A stretch of 64,000 nucleotides of DNA. Origin: a virus (taxonomy: Duplodnaviria; Caudoviricetes). The stretch spans positions 96,001 through 160,000 of the IMG/VR virus record IMGVR_UViG_3300015360_000023. The stretch is one strand, 5' to 3'. A program made the translations under genes and the position numbers. Of this stretch, positions 1-10,400 are shown one piece after another (the first letter of the stretch is position 1; every line of letters starts with the position of its first letter). The notes under the pieces were generated by a model. That model was given only the letters and a program-made list of their open reading frames with translations, had not been told where the DNA came from and searched no databases.

Positions 1-1
1 T

Positions 2-241
2 ACTAATGTAGTACAAAATTTACGTAATCAGCTTATTACGGCCATGACTACGAGCACGCTAGCACAAATTGTAGACTCTCCTACATTAATCAACGTAGCT
101 CAGGCAGTTAGTGGTATAGCTAGGGCAAGAATCTTGTACTTCAATAAAAATGGTCAACCAGGAACAGTTTTGAAAGTTCAAGCTCAAGGTGATGAGTACT
201 TCGCACCAAATAATATAATCATTAACACCGAAACAAGATAA
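2..241 (+). CDS. 3' end of a gene truncated by the window edge; probable baseplate wedge (baseplate J/gp6-like) C-terminus
   Basis: The frame is open from base 2 (TNVVQNLRNQLITAMTTSTLAQIVDS...), so the ATG at 44 is internal. It ends 2 nt before the giant baseplate-like gene. Product call rests on context and a beta-rich C-terminus. Confidence 0.5.
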   Translation, partial: TNVVQNLRNQLITAMTTSTLAQIVDSPTLINVAQAVSGIARARILYFNKNGQPGTVLKVQAQGDEYFAPNNIIINTETR

Positions 242-243
242 AC

Positions 244-3200
244 ATGGTTGGCAAACTAAGTATCATCAATGTCAAAGTCGTAGATAATTCAAATATAGAT
301 GTCACTTTTTCTTCGACTTTAACAGCTAATTTGATTACGTCTAACGTTACTATCGTTAGCGATACTATCGGTGCGCCTGATTCTGAGATATTAAATGTTA
401 AAGTTTCTGGAGCTTTACTATCAATCACTTGCCAGCCGCTCACTCCATTAGCTTCTTATTTCATAATTTTTAAGTCATCTCCGTTGCACCCATTTCAATC
501 ATTGAATGGTGATTTTTACTTACCAGAAGATGGTGTTAATAACAAGTATGGCATTACTGCTCAGTTAGATGCCGATAATCCTATTAAGAATTATCTTGGC
601 GCTTTCTTTAGAGATAACGTCTATAAACTAGATGATGATAATACGCTTGTAGCTAAATACATTCAATCTCTTGCTGTTGTTTTATCAAGAGCGCTTTATG
701 ATATTGGTCAAGTTAAAAATGAAAACTACTTATCTTTCACTATAGCAGATGAAAGAAGAATTAGGGGAGCGGGAGCTTTTGATAGACTAGATGAAGAGGG
801 CGCGTATTCCGTCTCAAGAGTAGGTAGAACTCCTACTGGATTCGCCGCTAATCAAACTTTTGTATTCTCTTCTTTCCCTACATTCCCGGTCACTTTGCAA
901 AAGCAAAGCAGCGTCGAAACATTAACGCCAAACACTATTGATGATGCAGGCTTCTTTGATATTAATAACCTAACTCTTAATTTAAACAAGTCTCCAGTTA
1001 CTAGAGTTACTAGTGTTGTATTTACTCTTAACACAATCACCCCTGTATATACATATGATATTGAGCGACACGGATATCAGATTAAAGATTCTAGATACTC
1101 TCAGGATTATGGGTTTACGTACCTACAATTAGCTGATAACCAAATTAGACTTAGCGATCAAATCATATCTGATCCATTATTTGATTTAACTAAAATTATT
1201 CAAGTAGAAGTTCAGTACGAATACAAGAATTTAGGAATCATAGTTAACCCAGCAAGCGTGGTAGTTTATTCATCCGAGATTTCTCCTAGAGAAGTTCTTC
1301 CACCAATCATAAACGTTTTTAATCTGGCACACGCTCCAATCATTGATAGCTCTAATAGAATTTCTACTTTAGCTGGTGCCACTTTTGATGACCCTAATTC
1401 CAATACTGGTTCGACCCACCCAGCTTTTAAATTTGAAATTCCGTTTAGATTTGATGCTTTGCCATCAGCTCCAGGACAGTATGCTGTCGACTATAATACG
1501 GGCACAGTCTACGTCTATGGCGCCGACTTAACCAATGATGGTACTGGCCCATTTCCCCCATTAGCTACTTATAGATATAGGCTGGTATATCAATCTGAAA
1601 TTGATTACACGTATGATGATGACTTTCGTGATATTGTTGCTTTGCCTACGGGTAGCTTAGTTGAAGCGCCAGGTAACGTAGCCTTTTCTTACGAAGAAGT
1701 ATTGGTTGCAGGAATCGATTACGAGGCCAAATTACACTCAGAAGAACTTACTGAAAGAATTGATAACAACTTAGTAGCTTTCAACGTTTTAAGAACTAAG
1801 CACACGCCCATCACTAATGTCTTTAGAGTTTACAATGAAACTTCTGGAGAAATTTATACCATCAATAGATGGAGTGATGAGAAAATCTATTTTAGATACA
1901 ACACTCCTCCTCGACTTGTAGCCAGGATCGCTGAGCGCGCCACCTTCAATACAATTCCTAATGAGAAGCTATTTATACATACTACATTAGTAAATAGCTC
2001 TTCACTTAAAATTTTCCAAATATTTCTTAACAAGAATAGAGTTGTATCTTCTACTGAAGACGGTCTAGGGGCTTTCTTGAATAACAGCCTTTCATTAACT
2101 GATGCGAATGTATTTGTTAGTGAAAGATGGTATGATTCAGAATTTAGTCAAACAGTTAACATTGATAAGTTAACTATTATTGGCGAATACATGGTAGATT
2201 ATCTAAATGGAGTAATCTATTGTGCAGTTTCTAATACTCAAGGATTAGAGATTGGAACGGCCACCTATAAGAGTAGTGATATCGTTCCTGAGTTTCCACA
2301 TTTGATTGCGGTTGATGATATTTATTATCAAATTAGTCCACTTAATGAGAAGAACAAGAAATTTTCTTTTACTTCATTTGATGATGGGATCATTTCTCCA
2401 GAACTGTTAGAAATTGTTGATGAAAAATTCCTTAATGGATTTGTCGGAGCGCCTTACCAGCTCTTCAGTAAGTCTGTTGGAACTTTCTCTGGAACCTCCT
2501 TTATTTCTGGAGTAACCAATTCAGTTAAACTTGTTCGTGGACTTTATGAACACGAAGATCTAGTCTACAGCACTCGACCATTTAATTTTGCTCAATCAAG
2601 TTCATCCAACGGATTCAATGTAACAGTTAATTCTTATAGTAAACAAATTTTTGAAACAGTTCAATATGATGGAATGGATTATTACGTCAACATCAATGAG
2701 AGCGTTCCTTACTTATCAAGTAACATTACTTACGACTTCAGCGTAATAAGGGTCTCTGATGGATATCAACTATGGGATAACTCAGGAACAGTTGTTCCGG
2801 GCAGTTCAATTAAATTGATTTTTTCTGGAGTCAATTCTCCGGCCCTAGGAGACCAAGTTAATGTTATTTACTCCTTTACTATTAATGATTTATCTAGAGT
2901 TATCGTAGATTATAATAAAGGTGATTACTTTATAGACTATACTTATTTAGCAGATGAAATTATCGTTAGCTATGAATATGGTGATAACGTTCTTGATTTT
3001 CGCCGTAACACTAATTTACCTACCGACACCAATTACTTCGTTACTTATAAGGCGGGAGCCCTTAGAGATGCCTTATTAAAGAATTTCGGCACTCTAGTTA
3101 ATATTCCCGAACTATCCAATTTCGATATTGATTTTGATCGTGAGCGTTATCGTGAAGCCTTGATTGCTGCGCTAAGCTCTTTCATTCAGGGTCCAACAGT

Positions 3201-6200
3201 TGCTGCTATTAAAAATATTGGAAAAACGATTTCCCATATTGAGCCTCAGGTTATCGAAGATGCATTTATTGATTGGTCTTTGGGCAGTAGCACGTTGTAC
3301 CCAGAAAACCTAGCTACAACAGGATCATTTGATACTGAATCGGTTAAATACGGTACTGGAATTATTGTTAACGATCCAGGTCAAACTATTCAATTTCCAG
3401 TCAATTCAAACATTAGATTTGAAGAGGGAACTTTTGAAACTTGGACGAAGCCTAAGTGGAATGGCTTAGATAATGATGCTCACTTAATTTTCACCATTCT
3501 AAAAGCTGGTCTTGCTATTCCATCTAATGAGGTCTTCGTTGGTTCATCCGAGTACCACCCAGAATTAGTATCTGGATCATTTACTTTGGGTAAACTGGAC
3601 AATGCTCTAGGTACGCCCAACATCAATAAAGATGGCGTATATATTTACTACGACAAGGATGCATCAGGAAATTTCTATCGTTGGTATGTTAGAGTCATCG
3701 ACGGCTATGTTGTTCCTAATTCTGATACTTATAAAATCACCATTAAGTCTGATGGTAAATTCTATGATAATAAAAGTCTGACTCTACCAAAACCAAGTAA
3801 CTTATCTATCATGAGCGGTAATACCTCTCAAAGCTTTACCTTAACTGGCGGCAGCTTTGGCGTGGATGCCGGTATCACCTTCTTATCTGATTTGGAGCAT
3901 TACCTATTAGATTTTGGAAAAGATAAAGATCATAGTAGACTTTCTATTTATAAAGACGTTAGTGGATATATGAATTTCCGCGTCTTTGACAAAGATGGAC
4001 ATAACTTTACTGTTAGTGCCGACATCTCTGCATGGAGATACAATGAGATCCATCATATTGCGGCTTCCTGGAAACTAAATACAATTAATGGAAGAGATGA
4101 AATGCATTTATTCCTTGATGGATTTGAAGTTCCAAATATCATTAAGTATGGACAAAAATTACAACCATATCTTCATGAAAAATTCCGTACAGTAAATCCG
4201 GAAGAAATCATTGGATTAGTTGATAAGGATATCGTCGGCTCAGTGGATTTGGTAACCAACTTAGGCAGCAACGTAGTTACTTCTACTTTGAATTTTGGAA
4301 CTTACGACATTGATATTGGTGATAATATTATCATTGACGAAGTTGGATTCTCTCCTACTGGTTATACGATCACCAATGTTAGCGGCCAAGCTTTAACTCT
4401 AAGCTCATCAATGCCCACAACTTTGACCAATGGTCGTTTCTCTATCAACCGCACTCAGTTCACTGTTACTTCGGATATTGACACCGCACCAAATATCGCC
4501 GTTACAACTATCCCAACCTTCCTAACTGGAGCAGACGCTACGGGTACCAGCGGGTCTAATGTAATTACTTCTACTCTGATAAATTTTGCTACAAGCGATG
4601 TTGAGCCAGGATTCTTAATTAGAATCGATGCTCTTGGATTTGATATTTATAGTATAGTTCAGGTATCAGGTAATACGGTAACAATCGACGGTCCCTTGCC
4701 CGCCAACTTACCAGCAACAGCTTTCGCAGTTTACAGTAATACTGAAACAGAGATCCCAGGCGTAAGAGCTATTAGACCATCCTACAGCATTACTAAAGAT
4801 GGATACTTTGATAATATACTTACTATTTCAAATAATGTTTATGCTGGCGATTTAATTTTGGTTAGAACTCTAGGACTAAATCACAAAAGTATTAGAAGAT
4901 CTTATTATGTTTGGAGTGATGGTCAAGAGAATGTTTTGATGACTCAGCTTCCACCTCCAATTTCTTTGGATGAAGCTAAGATCACTAAGGTTATCTTGCC
5001 TCGTACTTTCGTAGGGCCAAGTAACTCCACATTAACTCTAGGTGTCTTTGTATCGAATAATTTCCCAGGGTTGCCAACTACTACTTCTCAAAACGGTAGA
5101 ACGCTAACGGTCACACTTTCTGGTAATAATACTGATTTTACTACGCCAGTATCTGTAGTTGTTAATGGTCTTGTTGGGGTTAGTGTTATTAGCGAAACTG
5201 TTAGTTTCACGGATTACGGCAAGCTTGATACGGTTAATAAATTCCTTACGGTTAACTATGTTCAATCATCAGCAATGCCTATTGATGTTCTTAAGAATGC
5301 TGTTACAATTGAAGTAAAAGAAAAATACCCTATTACTTACTCAGAGTCTAGCTCACTGGCCCCAGTAGTTAGATACAGCTACCACATGGGCGGGGGTAGT
5401 AGTCTATACAATGACAGCGCAACCTCTGTTAGAGATGAAAACTTCTTGTTCAGCGGGCTTGATATCGGTAACTATCTAGTTATTCATTCGCCTATGTCTG
5501 TTGCTGGATTCTACATAATTACAGGTTTCTCTGAAGATAGAAAGTCTCTTTTCATTGAGTCCACACTTCAAGCTCCAGCCCAACCACTACCTAATTTCAC
5601 TGATGGAGTTTATCAAGTTCTTAGTGTAAATGATTATAGAAGCGGATTACAGAATGGTTATTTTACCCTAGAGGATGGGGTGTTACCGTCACAGCCCTAC
5701 TTCTTGTTACATGGTTTCTATGAATTAGAATATGATACTTATACGAGTATTCGTTTAGACGCCTCTCCACATAGCGCCTTCTTAGGAACTGATTTCCTTG
5801 GACATCATCAATTTAATGGAACAATCGATCAACTTAAGATTTATTCTGTAATGTTAACCGACACCAGAATTGGGGAAACAATCCCAAGTAATCAAAGATC
5901 AATTACAAAAGATTTTAACTCTCTTAAGGCTTTAAGAACTGATATTAATACTCTTATGTTAGTTAATTTTGATTCATTGCCATTAATAAATGAATCTAAG
6001 TACTATACTAATACAAATAACTACAAGGGCCAATTTCAATCTTCTATTGTTATTAATGAAAATTTTGGAAACAGTCTAGGTATTACTAATAATCCAATCA
6101 TCATAGAAAACACGGGCATTCTAAATACTAAGAAGGAAGGAACTATTGAGTTCTGGGTTAACCCACTATTTGATAGCGCTAACGATCCCTTCGATAGATT

Positions 6201-7398
6201 CTATTTTGATGCGTATGGGGCTAAAATTGAAGAGGCGGTTAGTGTTAATAATGTTGCCGTTAAATTGTCTTCTCCAGCTAGCAGAATTTTAAGTGTTCAT
6301 CTTAAGTCTGGTGATCCTCGTATTGATTATTTCATGGGCGGCAAGATTGAGATTGATACTCAGCATGCCATCCAGGAAGCAGTTACTAGTACGACTAATA
6401 GTTACGTAACTGTTAGCAAGCCAATCCTGCAAATTATCACCGTTAAAATTGTTGGTGACAAAACTGGTACAGATTATTTTCAGACCGGAACCGTTAGTAG
6501 CGATCAGATGACCATTTACTTGGGAAGAAATCTTCCAGCTAGCAACATGCCATTGATAATTACTTATCAAAGCACCGAAAACAAGAATGTGGATTTAAAT
6601 ACTCAGGTTATTAGATTAAATAGGAAGTTACCTTATCAAAACGCTCACGTTGTGGTTAAGTACATCCCTCAAGGTCTACAGGGTGACCGTATCGCTGTCT
6701 TCAAAGACAAGGCAGGCTACGTCAACTTTGGTATCTCTGCCTCTGGTAAAGACTTCGTAGTGCGCGCACCCACTCGCTGGGCCCGTAACACCTGGCATCG
6801 TGTCAAAGCTTCTTATAAAATTAATGGGGAGCTTGGTTCTGATGAAATGAGACTGTTCCTTGATGGGTATCAGTATACGAACATTGCTTTCGGCTCTAGC
6901 ATCCTATTTGGCAAGTCTCCAATTGTATATGGTTCTGCTCAACCTGGTGCCTTCCAAGGAGCGGATGGGTATACCTTTGTTCAGAGTATCAAATTCAAAG
7001 ACTCAATAAATGATCTATATATTGGAACACAATACACTGGTGAGAACCCGGTCTTTGCCTTATTAGATAATTTTAGAATCAGCACTATTTCTAGGCCAGT
7101 CTATGCGCCGTATGGTGAACCGTTAGACGTCAATTATAGCACTAACTTAAATACAGTCTTCCCAGTTACTGAGGACTTGTTCACTACTTACTTAATGAAT
7201 TTTGACAAAAAGATGGTTCTGAATGATAATTTCGCTATTCTCAAAAACAGAAAGACCGGACTATTTGATTTTTCAGTAAATATTATAGATTCTTTTGGTA
7301 TAGTAAACAGTAGCATTAAGGTACAGGAAGTTTTGGAGAAGTTGATAAAAGTGCTAAAGCCGGCTAACTCCAGGGTATTTATCCAGTATATTAGGTGA
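244..7398 (+). CDS. Giant (2384 aa) baseplate wedge-like virion protein with LamG/ConA-like domains
   Basis: Central helical segment RERYREALIAALSSFIQGPTVAAIKNIG and C-terminal VLKPANSRV resemble P2 gpI/gp7-type wedge proteins. LamG-type motifs EGTFETW, HHIAASW, MHLFLDG, GTIDQLKIY and EGTIEFW, WHRVKAS, MRLFLDG, LDNFRIS. Confidence 0.65.
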   Translation: MVGKLSIINVKVVDNSNIDVTFSSTLTANLITSNVTIVSDTIGAPDSEILNVKVSGALLSITCQPLTPLASYFIIFKSSPLHPFQSLNGDFYLPEDGVNNKYGITAQLDADNPIKNYLGAFFRDNVYKLDDDNTLVAKYIQSLAVVLSRALYDIGQVKNENYLSFTIADERRIRGAGAFDRLDEEGAYSVSRVGRTPTGFAANQTFVFSSFPTFPVTLQKQSSVETLTPNTIDDAGFFDINNLTLNLNKSPVTRVTSVVFTLNTITPVYTYDIERHGYQIKDSRYSQDYGFTYLQLADNQIRLSDQIISDPLFDLTKIIQVEVQYEYKNLGIIVNPASVVVYSSEISPREVLPPIINVFNLAHAPIIDSSNRISTLAGATFDDPNSNTGSTHPAFKFEIPFRFDALPSAPGQYAVDYNTGTVYVYGADLTNDGTGPFPPLATYRYRLVYQSEIDYTYDDDFRDIVALPTGSLVEAPGNVAFSYEEVLVAGIDYEAKLHSEELTERIDNNLVAFNVLRTKHTPITNVFRVYNETSGEIYTINRWSDEKIYFRYNTPPRLVARIAERATFNTIPNEKLFIHTTLVNSSSLKIFQIFLNKNRVVSSTEDGLGAFLNNSLSLTDANVFVSERWYDSEFSQTVNIDKLTIIGEYMVDYLNGVIYCAVSNTQGLEIGTATYKSSDIVPEFPHLIAVDDIYYQISPLNEKNKKFSFTSFDDGIISPELLEIVDEKFLNGFVGAPYQLFSKSVGTFSGTSFISGVTNSVKLVRGLYEHEDLVYSTRPFNFAQSSSSNGFNVTVNSYSKQIFETVQYDGMDYYVNINESVPYLSSNITYDFSVIRVSDGYQLWDNSGTVVPGSSIKLIFSGVNSPALGDQVNVIYSFTINDLSRVIVDYNKGDYFIDYTYLADEIIVSYEYGDNVLDFRRNTNLPTDTNYFVTYKAGALRDALLKNFGTLVNIPELSNFDIDFDRERYREALIAALSSFIQGPTVAAIKNIGKTISHIEPQVIEDAFIDWSLGSSTLYPENLATTGSFDTESVKYGTGIIVNDPGQTIQFPVNSNIRFEEGTFETWTKPKWNGLDNDAHLIFTILKAGLAIPSNEVFVGSSEYHPELVSGSFTLGKLDNALGTPNINKDGVYIYYDKDASGNFYRWYVRVIDGYVVPNSDTYKITIKSDGKFYDNKSLTLPKPSNLSIMSGNTSQSFTLTGGSFGVDAGITFLSDLEHYLLDFGKDKDHSRLSIYKDVSGYMNFRVFDKDGHNFTVSADISAWRYNEIHHIAASWKLNTINGRDEMHLFLDGFEVPNIIKYGQKLQPYLHEKFRTVNPEEIIGLVDKDIVGSVDLVTNLGSNVVTSTLNFGTYDIDIGDNIIIDEVGFSPTGYTITNVSGQALTLSSSMPTTLTNGRFSINRTQFTVTSDIDTAPNIAVTTIPTFLTGADATGTSGSNVITSTLINFATSDVEPGFLIRIDALGFDIYSIVQVSGNTVTIDGPLPANLPATAFAVYSNTETEIPGVRAIRPSYSITKDGYFDNILTISNNVYAGDLILVRTLGLNHKSIRRSYYVWSDGQENVLMTQLPPPISLDEAKITKVILPRTFVGPSNSTLTLGVFVSNNFPGLPTTTSQNGRTLTVTLSGNNTDFTTPVSVVVNGLVGVSVISETVSFTDYGKLDTVNKFLTVNYVQSSAMPIDVLKNAVTIEVKEKYPITYSESSSLAPVVRYSYHMGGGSSLYNDSATSVRDENFLFSGLDIGNYLVIHSPMSVAGFYIITGFSEDRKSLFIESTLQAPAQPLPNFTDGVYQVLSVNDYRSGLQNGYFTLEDGVLPSQPYFLLHGFYELEYDTYTSIRLDASPHSAFLGTDFLGHHQFNGTIDQLKIYSVMLTDTRIGETIPSNQRSITKDFNSLKALRTDINTLMLVNFDSLPLINESKYYTNTNNYKGQFQSSIVINENFGNSLGITNNPIIIENTGILNTKKEGTIEFWVNPLFDSANDPFDRFYFDAYGAKIEEAVSVNNVAVKLSSPASRILSVHLKSGDPRIDYFMGGKIEIDTQHAIQEAVTSTTNSYVTVSKPILQIITVKIVGDKTGTDYFQTGTVSSDQMTIYLGRNLPASNMPLIITYQSTENKNVDLNTQVIRLNRKLPYQNAHVVVKYIPQGLQGDRIAVFKDKAGYVNFGISASGKDFVVRAPTRWARNTWHRVKASYKINGELGSDEMRLFLDGYQYTNIAFGSSILFGKSPIVYGSAQPGAFQGADGYTFVQSIKFKDSINDLYIGTQYTGENPVFALLDNFRISTISRPVYAPYGEPLDVNYSTNLNTVFPVTEDLFTTYLMNFDKKMVLNDNFAILKNRKTGLFDFSVNIIDSFGIVNSSIKVQEVLEKLIKVLKPANSRVFIQYIR

Positions 7399-7406
7399 GA
7401 TAGATT

Positions 7407-10400
7407 ATGACTAAACGCACACCCGTATCCGCACAACAAAACATATGGTCTGATGGTCAACAAGTAGATAATGATGATCTTACTTTAGAACAGCAGTATA
7501 ATGATACTATTGAGTCTTCTACGATCAATAATCATGTTGGCACGGGCGTTCTCCCAGAAGTTTTAGTTCAAAATATCATTTTTGACTCGTCTTTGGCCGC
7601 TGGCGTTCTAGATGGTAAGGCTATTTTTGCTCAAAACCAACCAACTGATAAAAATCTAGGTAATCAACTAGAAGTAAGTCTAGCTCAATCCAAGGCAGCC
7701 AGCCGTAAAGCTGTTAAAGTTGCTATAATTGGGTTAGATTTTCAAAGCAATTTAGAGTTTGAAACCTTTACTTTCAAGGCTAATGAAGCTCAGGTGAGCA
7801 AGAAGCATTTTGCTCAAGTAGTTCTAATTCTATTTAATGATTTTATTGGAGATGATGAACTATCTCTTAATCTAGGTGGGCGAATCCTTATTAAGGAAGC
7901 CCGCCCAATGACACTGTCCAGGTCTCCAATTATGGTGGCTCAGGACGTTCAACCTAATCTATTCTTCCGTGACTTCTTCTTAGATGGGCCGCTATCTTTG
8001 AATGCTCTGCTTCAAGCAGCTCTTCCATTATACAATACTGATACGCTAGATATCTTTACTGGAGATCTTGAAAAGAAACTATTATTGAGTGGTGATGTTA
8101 CTACTCAAATTGGCGAGAAGTTTTTGGCTACTACCAATAACGTTCAGAAGGTTACCCTTTTACTTGCTGTTCGTAACCAAGTAATCGGCAGTGAAACCGA
8201 CTTATCCTGGAACGGCGATTTAGTTGTTAGTATTTATCCACTACAATCTGATGTAGATTGTCCGTCTGATATCGCCCCCACTTTACCTATTGATTTCTCT
8301 CCATCCAATATTCCGGTTGCTCAAATCAGTACAAACTTCGCTTCCTTACAAGCTGCGGGTATCGTTCTTGATTCTGTTCCCCAGCCAGTTGACTTCATTT
8401 TTAGCAACAGCCCTATTGCTAGTGGTAACGTTCTTATCCCTGGGCAATACTACGCGCTAGCTATCAAGAGAAGCGGCTCCGCCAACAAGTGTGACATTAT
8501 GATTGATGTTGGTGATGCTCAAATCGCTAACTCTAGAATCACTACTTTCACAGGATCTCTTTGGGTTGACATTCCTGAACAACAACTTTGGTTTAGGGTA
8601 TGGCACGATGCAGCAAAAATCTCAGACGGCCAAGCTTATGAAGCAGGTCACGGTATTGCTATTGAGAAAACTGCTCAAGATTCTAATACACTTACTACAG
8701 TAGATTATTCTAAAGAACCACTTCAGTTTACTGGAAACGATGTTTTTAGAGCTATCGTAGCTGCCACCACCGAAGAAAGTGTCCCGGTCCCAGATCAAAG
8801 AACTGGTAATCCAGTTCTTACCCGCCAGCAGTTTATTCCAAACGTTACACTATTAAATACAATTGACGTGGCTAATTTGGAGGCTGCTTCCGAGCCATTA
8901 ATCATTGGGGTTATCTCTGATAAAAATAGAAAGTTTTTCGACTCTATTTCCTCTTTGATAAATTCAAAAATTTACAGCGCGACCTTTGTTAAAGATGAAC
9001 TATTAATTAGAATCGTTGATGATGTAACTGACGGCTACAGATATGATACGGGCGTTATTGGTCTTCAAACTAATTTGCTTAATGGAGATTTCATTGGCGC
9101 TAAGTTATTCCCTAACTCTAATAATCCTAACACCTTTTATAGAATCGCTGATGCTAGACTTTGTTCTTACATCTTGGGTGACGTAGACGGTAACGGTATC
9201 ATCGACGAGCACGACTTAGATTTACTAACTTCTTATGTTGGCACTAATCTAACTCTTGGCTTGCCACTTAATACTGTTCTTACTACAGATAACGTAACTA
9301 CTACTTTCACTAACGGTTACATTACGGTTACACAACCATTTACTAATTTATTTAGTGTTACATTCCAATTGATTGAAACTTCTACTGGTACGGTTGTAGC
9401 AAGCGGTTCAGATGGTGTTCTTGTTGCCAATCCAGCCGATCCTCGTTTGGCTCAGTTTACTAGCGCTACGGTTAACTTCAATGTTATCGTCGGTCTAACG
9501 GATTACAAACTAGTTATTATTGCTCCATTGAGTGAACCAAACTACGGCGCATTTGAAATTACTTCAATTGATTCACTCACAGATGTTCTTACTCTTAGAA
9601 AAACCTATCTAACTGGAGATGCTATTGGTGAGATGCTAAGAGCCGATATTGATGGCGACTTCCATATTACTATTAATGATGGGTATTTACTAAGTAGTTA
9701 TATTGACAGGGTTCCGCTAACCATGTCTCCAACCAGCACTTTCCCTGGACCATCAACTAACGCCTACACTAAGATTGGTGTTACTTTCAATGTTCTTAGA
9801 TTTAGACTTGAGACATACATCGATAGAGCTGACGATTATACTAATTTGACTGTTGGAAGATCTGCTAGCATTCATACTACACCAGATATCTTTACCGCCG
9901 ATGGTTATTTCTCATTGCATGACTTTTTAGCCTCTCCGGTTCCAATTACTATCCAAAAGCAACTTACATGGGACGAGTCCTTAATTGTTACTAATAGTAA
10001 TCCAAAGATGGTTCCAAGTGTCTTCACTAATCAATCGGGGTTCATTCAAAATGAATGCCTTGTTGAAGGAATCAATTGTACTATCTATGGTTCTAGACCA
10101 GATTTTGATCCTGGTACTGTAGACTTCTTTGCTCCAAATAATCTAATCATTGGTCAGGGAGAAATTCACAGACCAGATGGAGAGTTTTATAAGGTAGACT
10201 TTGAAGTTGGTACCATTGTTCTAGAAATTCCAGATGGTTTATTCGGTTCTGAAAGAACTGTTAATATCTTGGATGATTTTATTGCAGACTATACTGGTGC
10301 CGGTGCAACTCGTTTAGGATTCCCATCAATGAAGTTTGCTGATTGTTCATTCGTAACAGCAGATGCTTTAGCTAATGATCAATTAAGATTCTCTGTTGCA

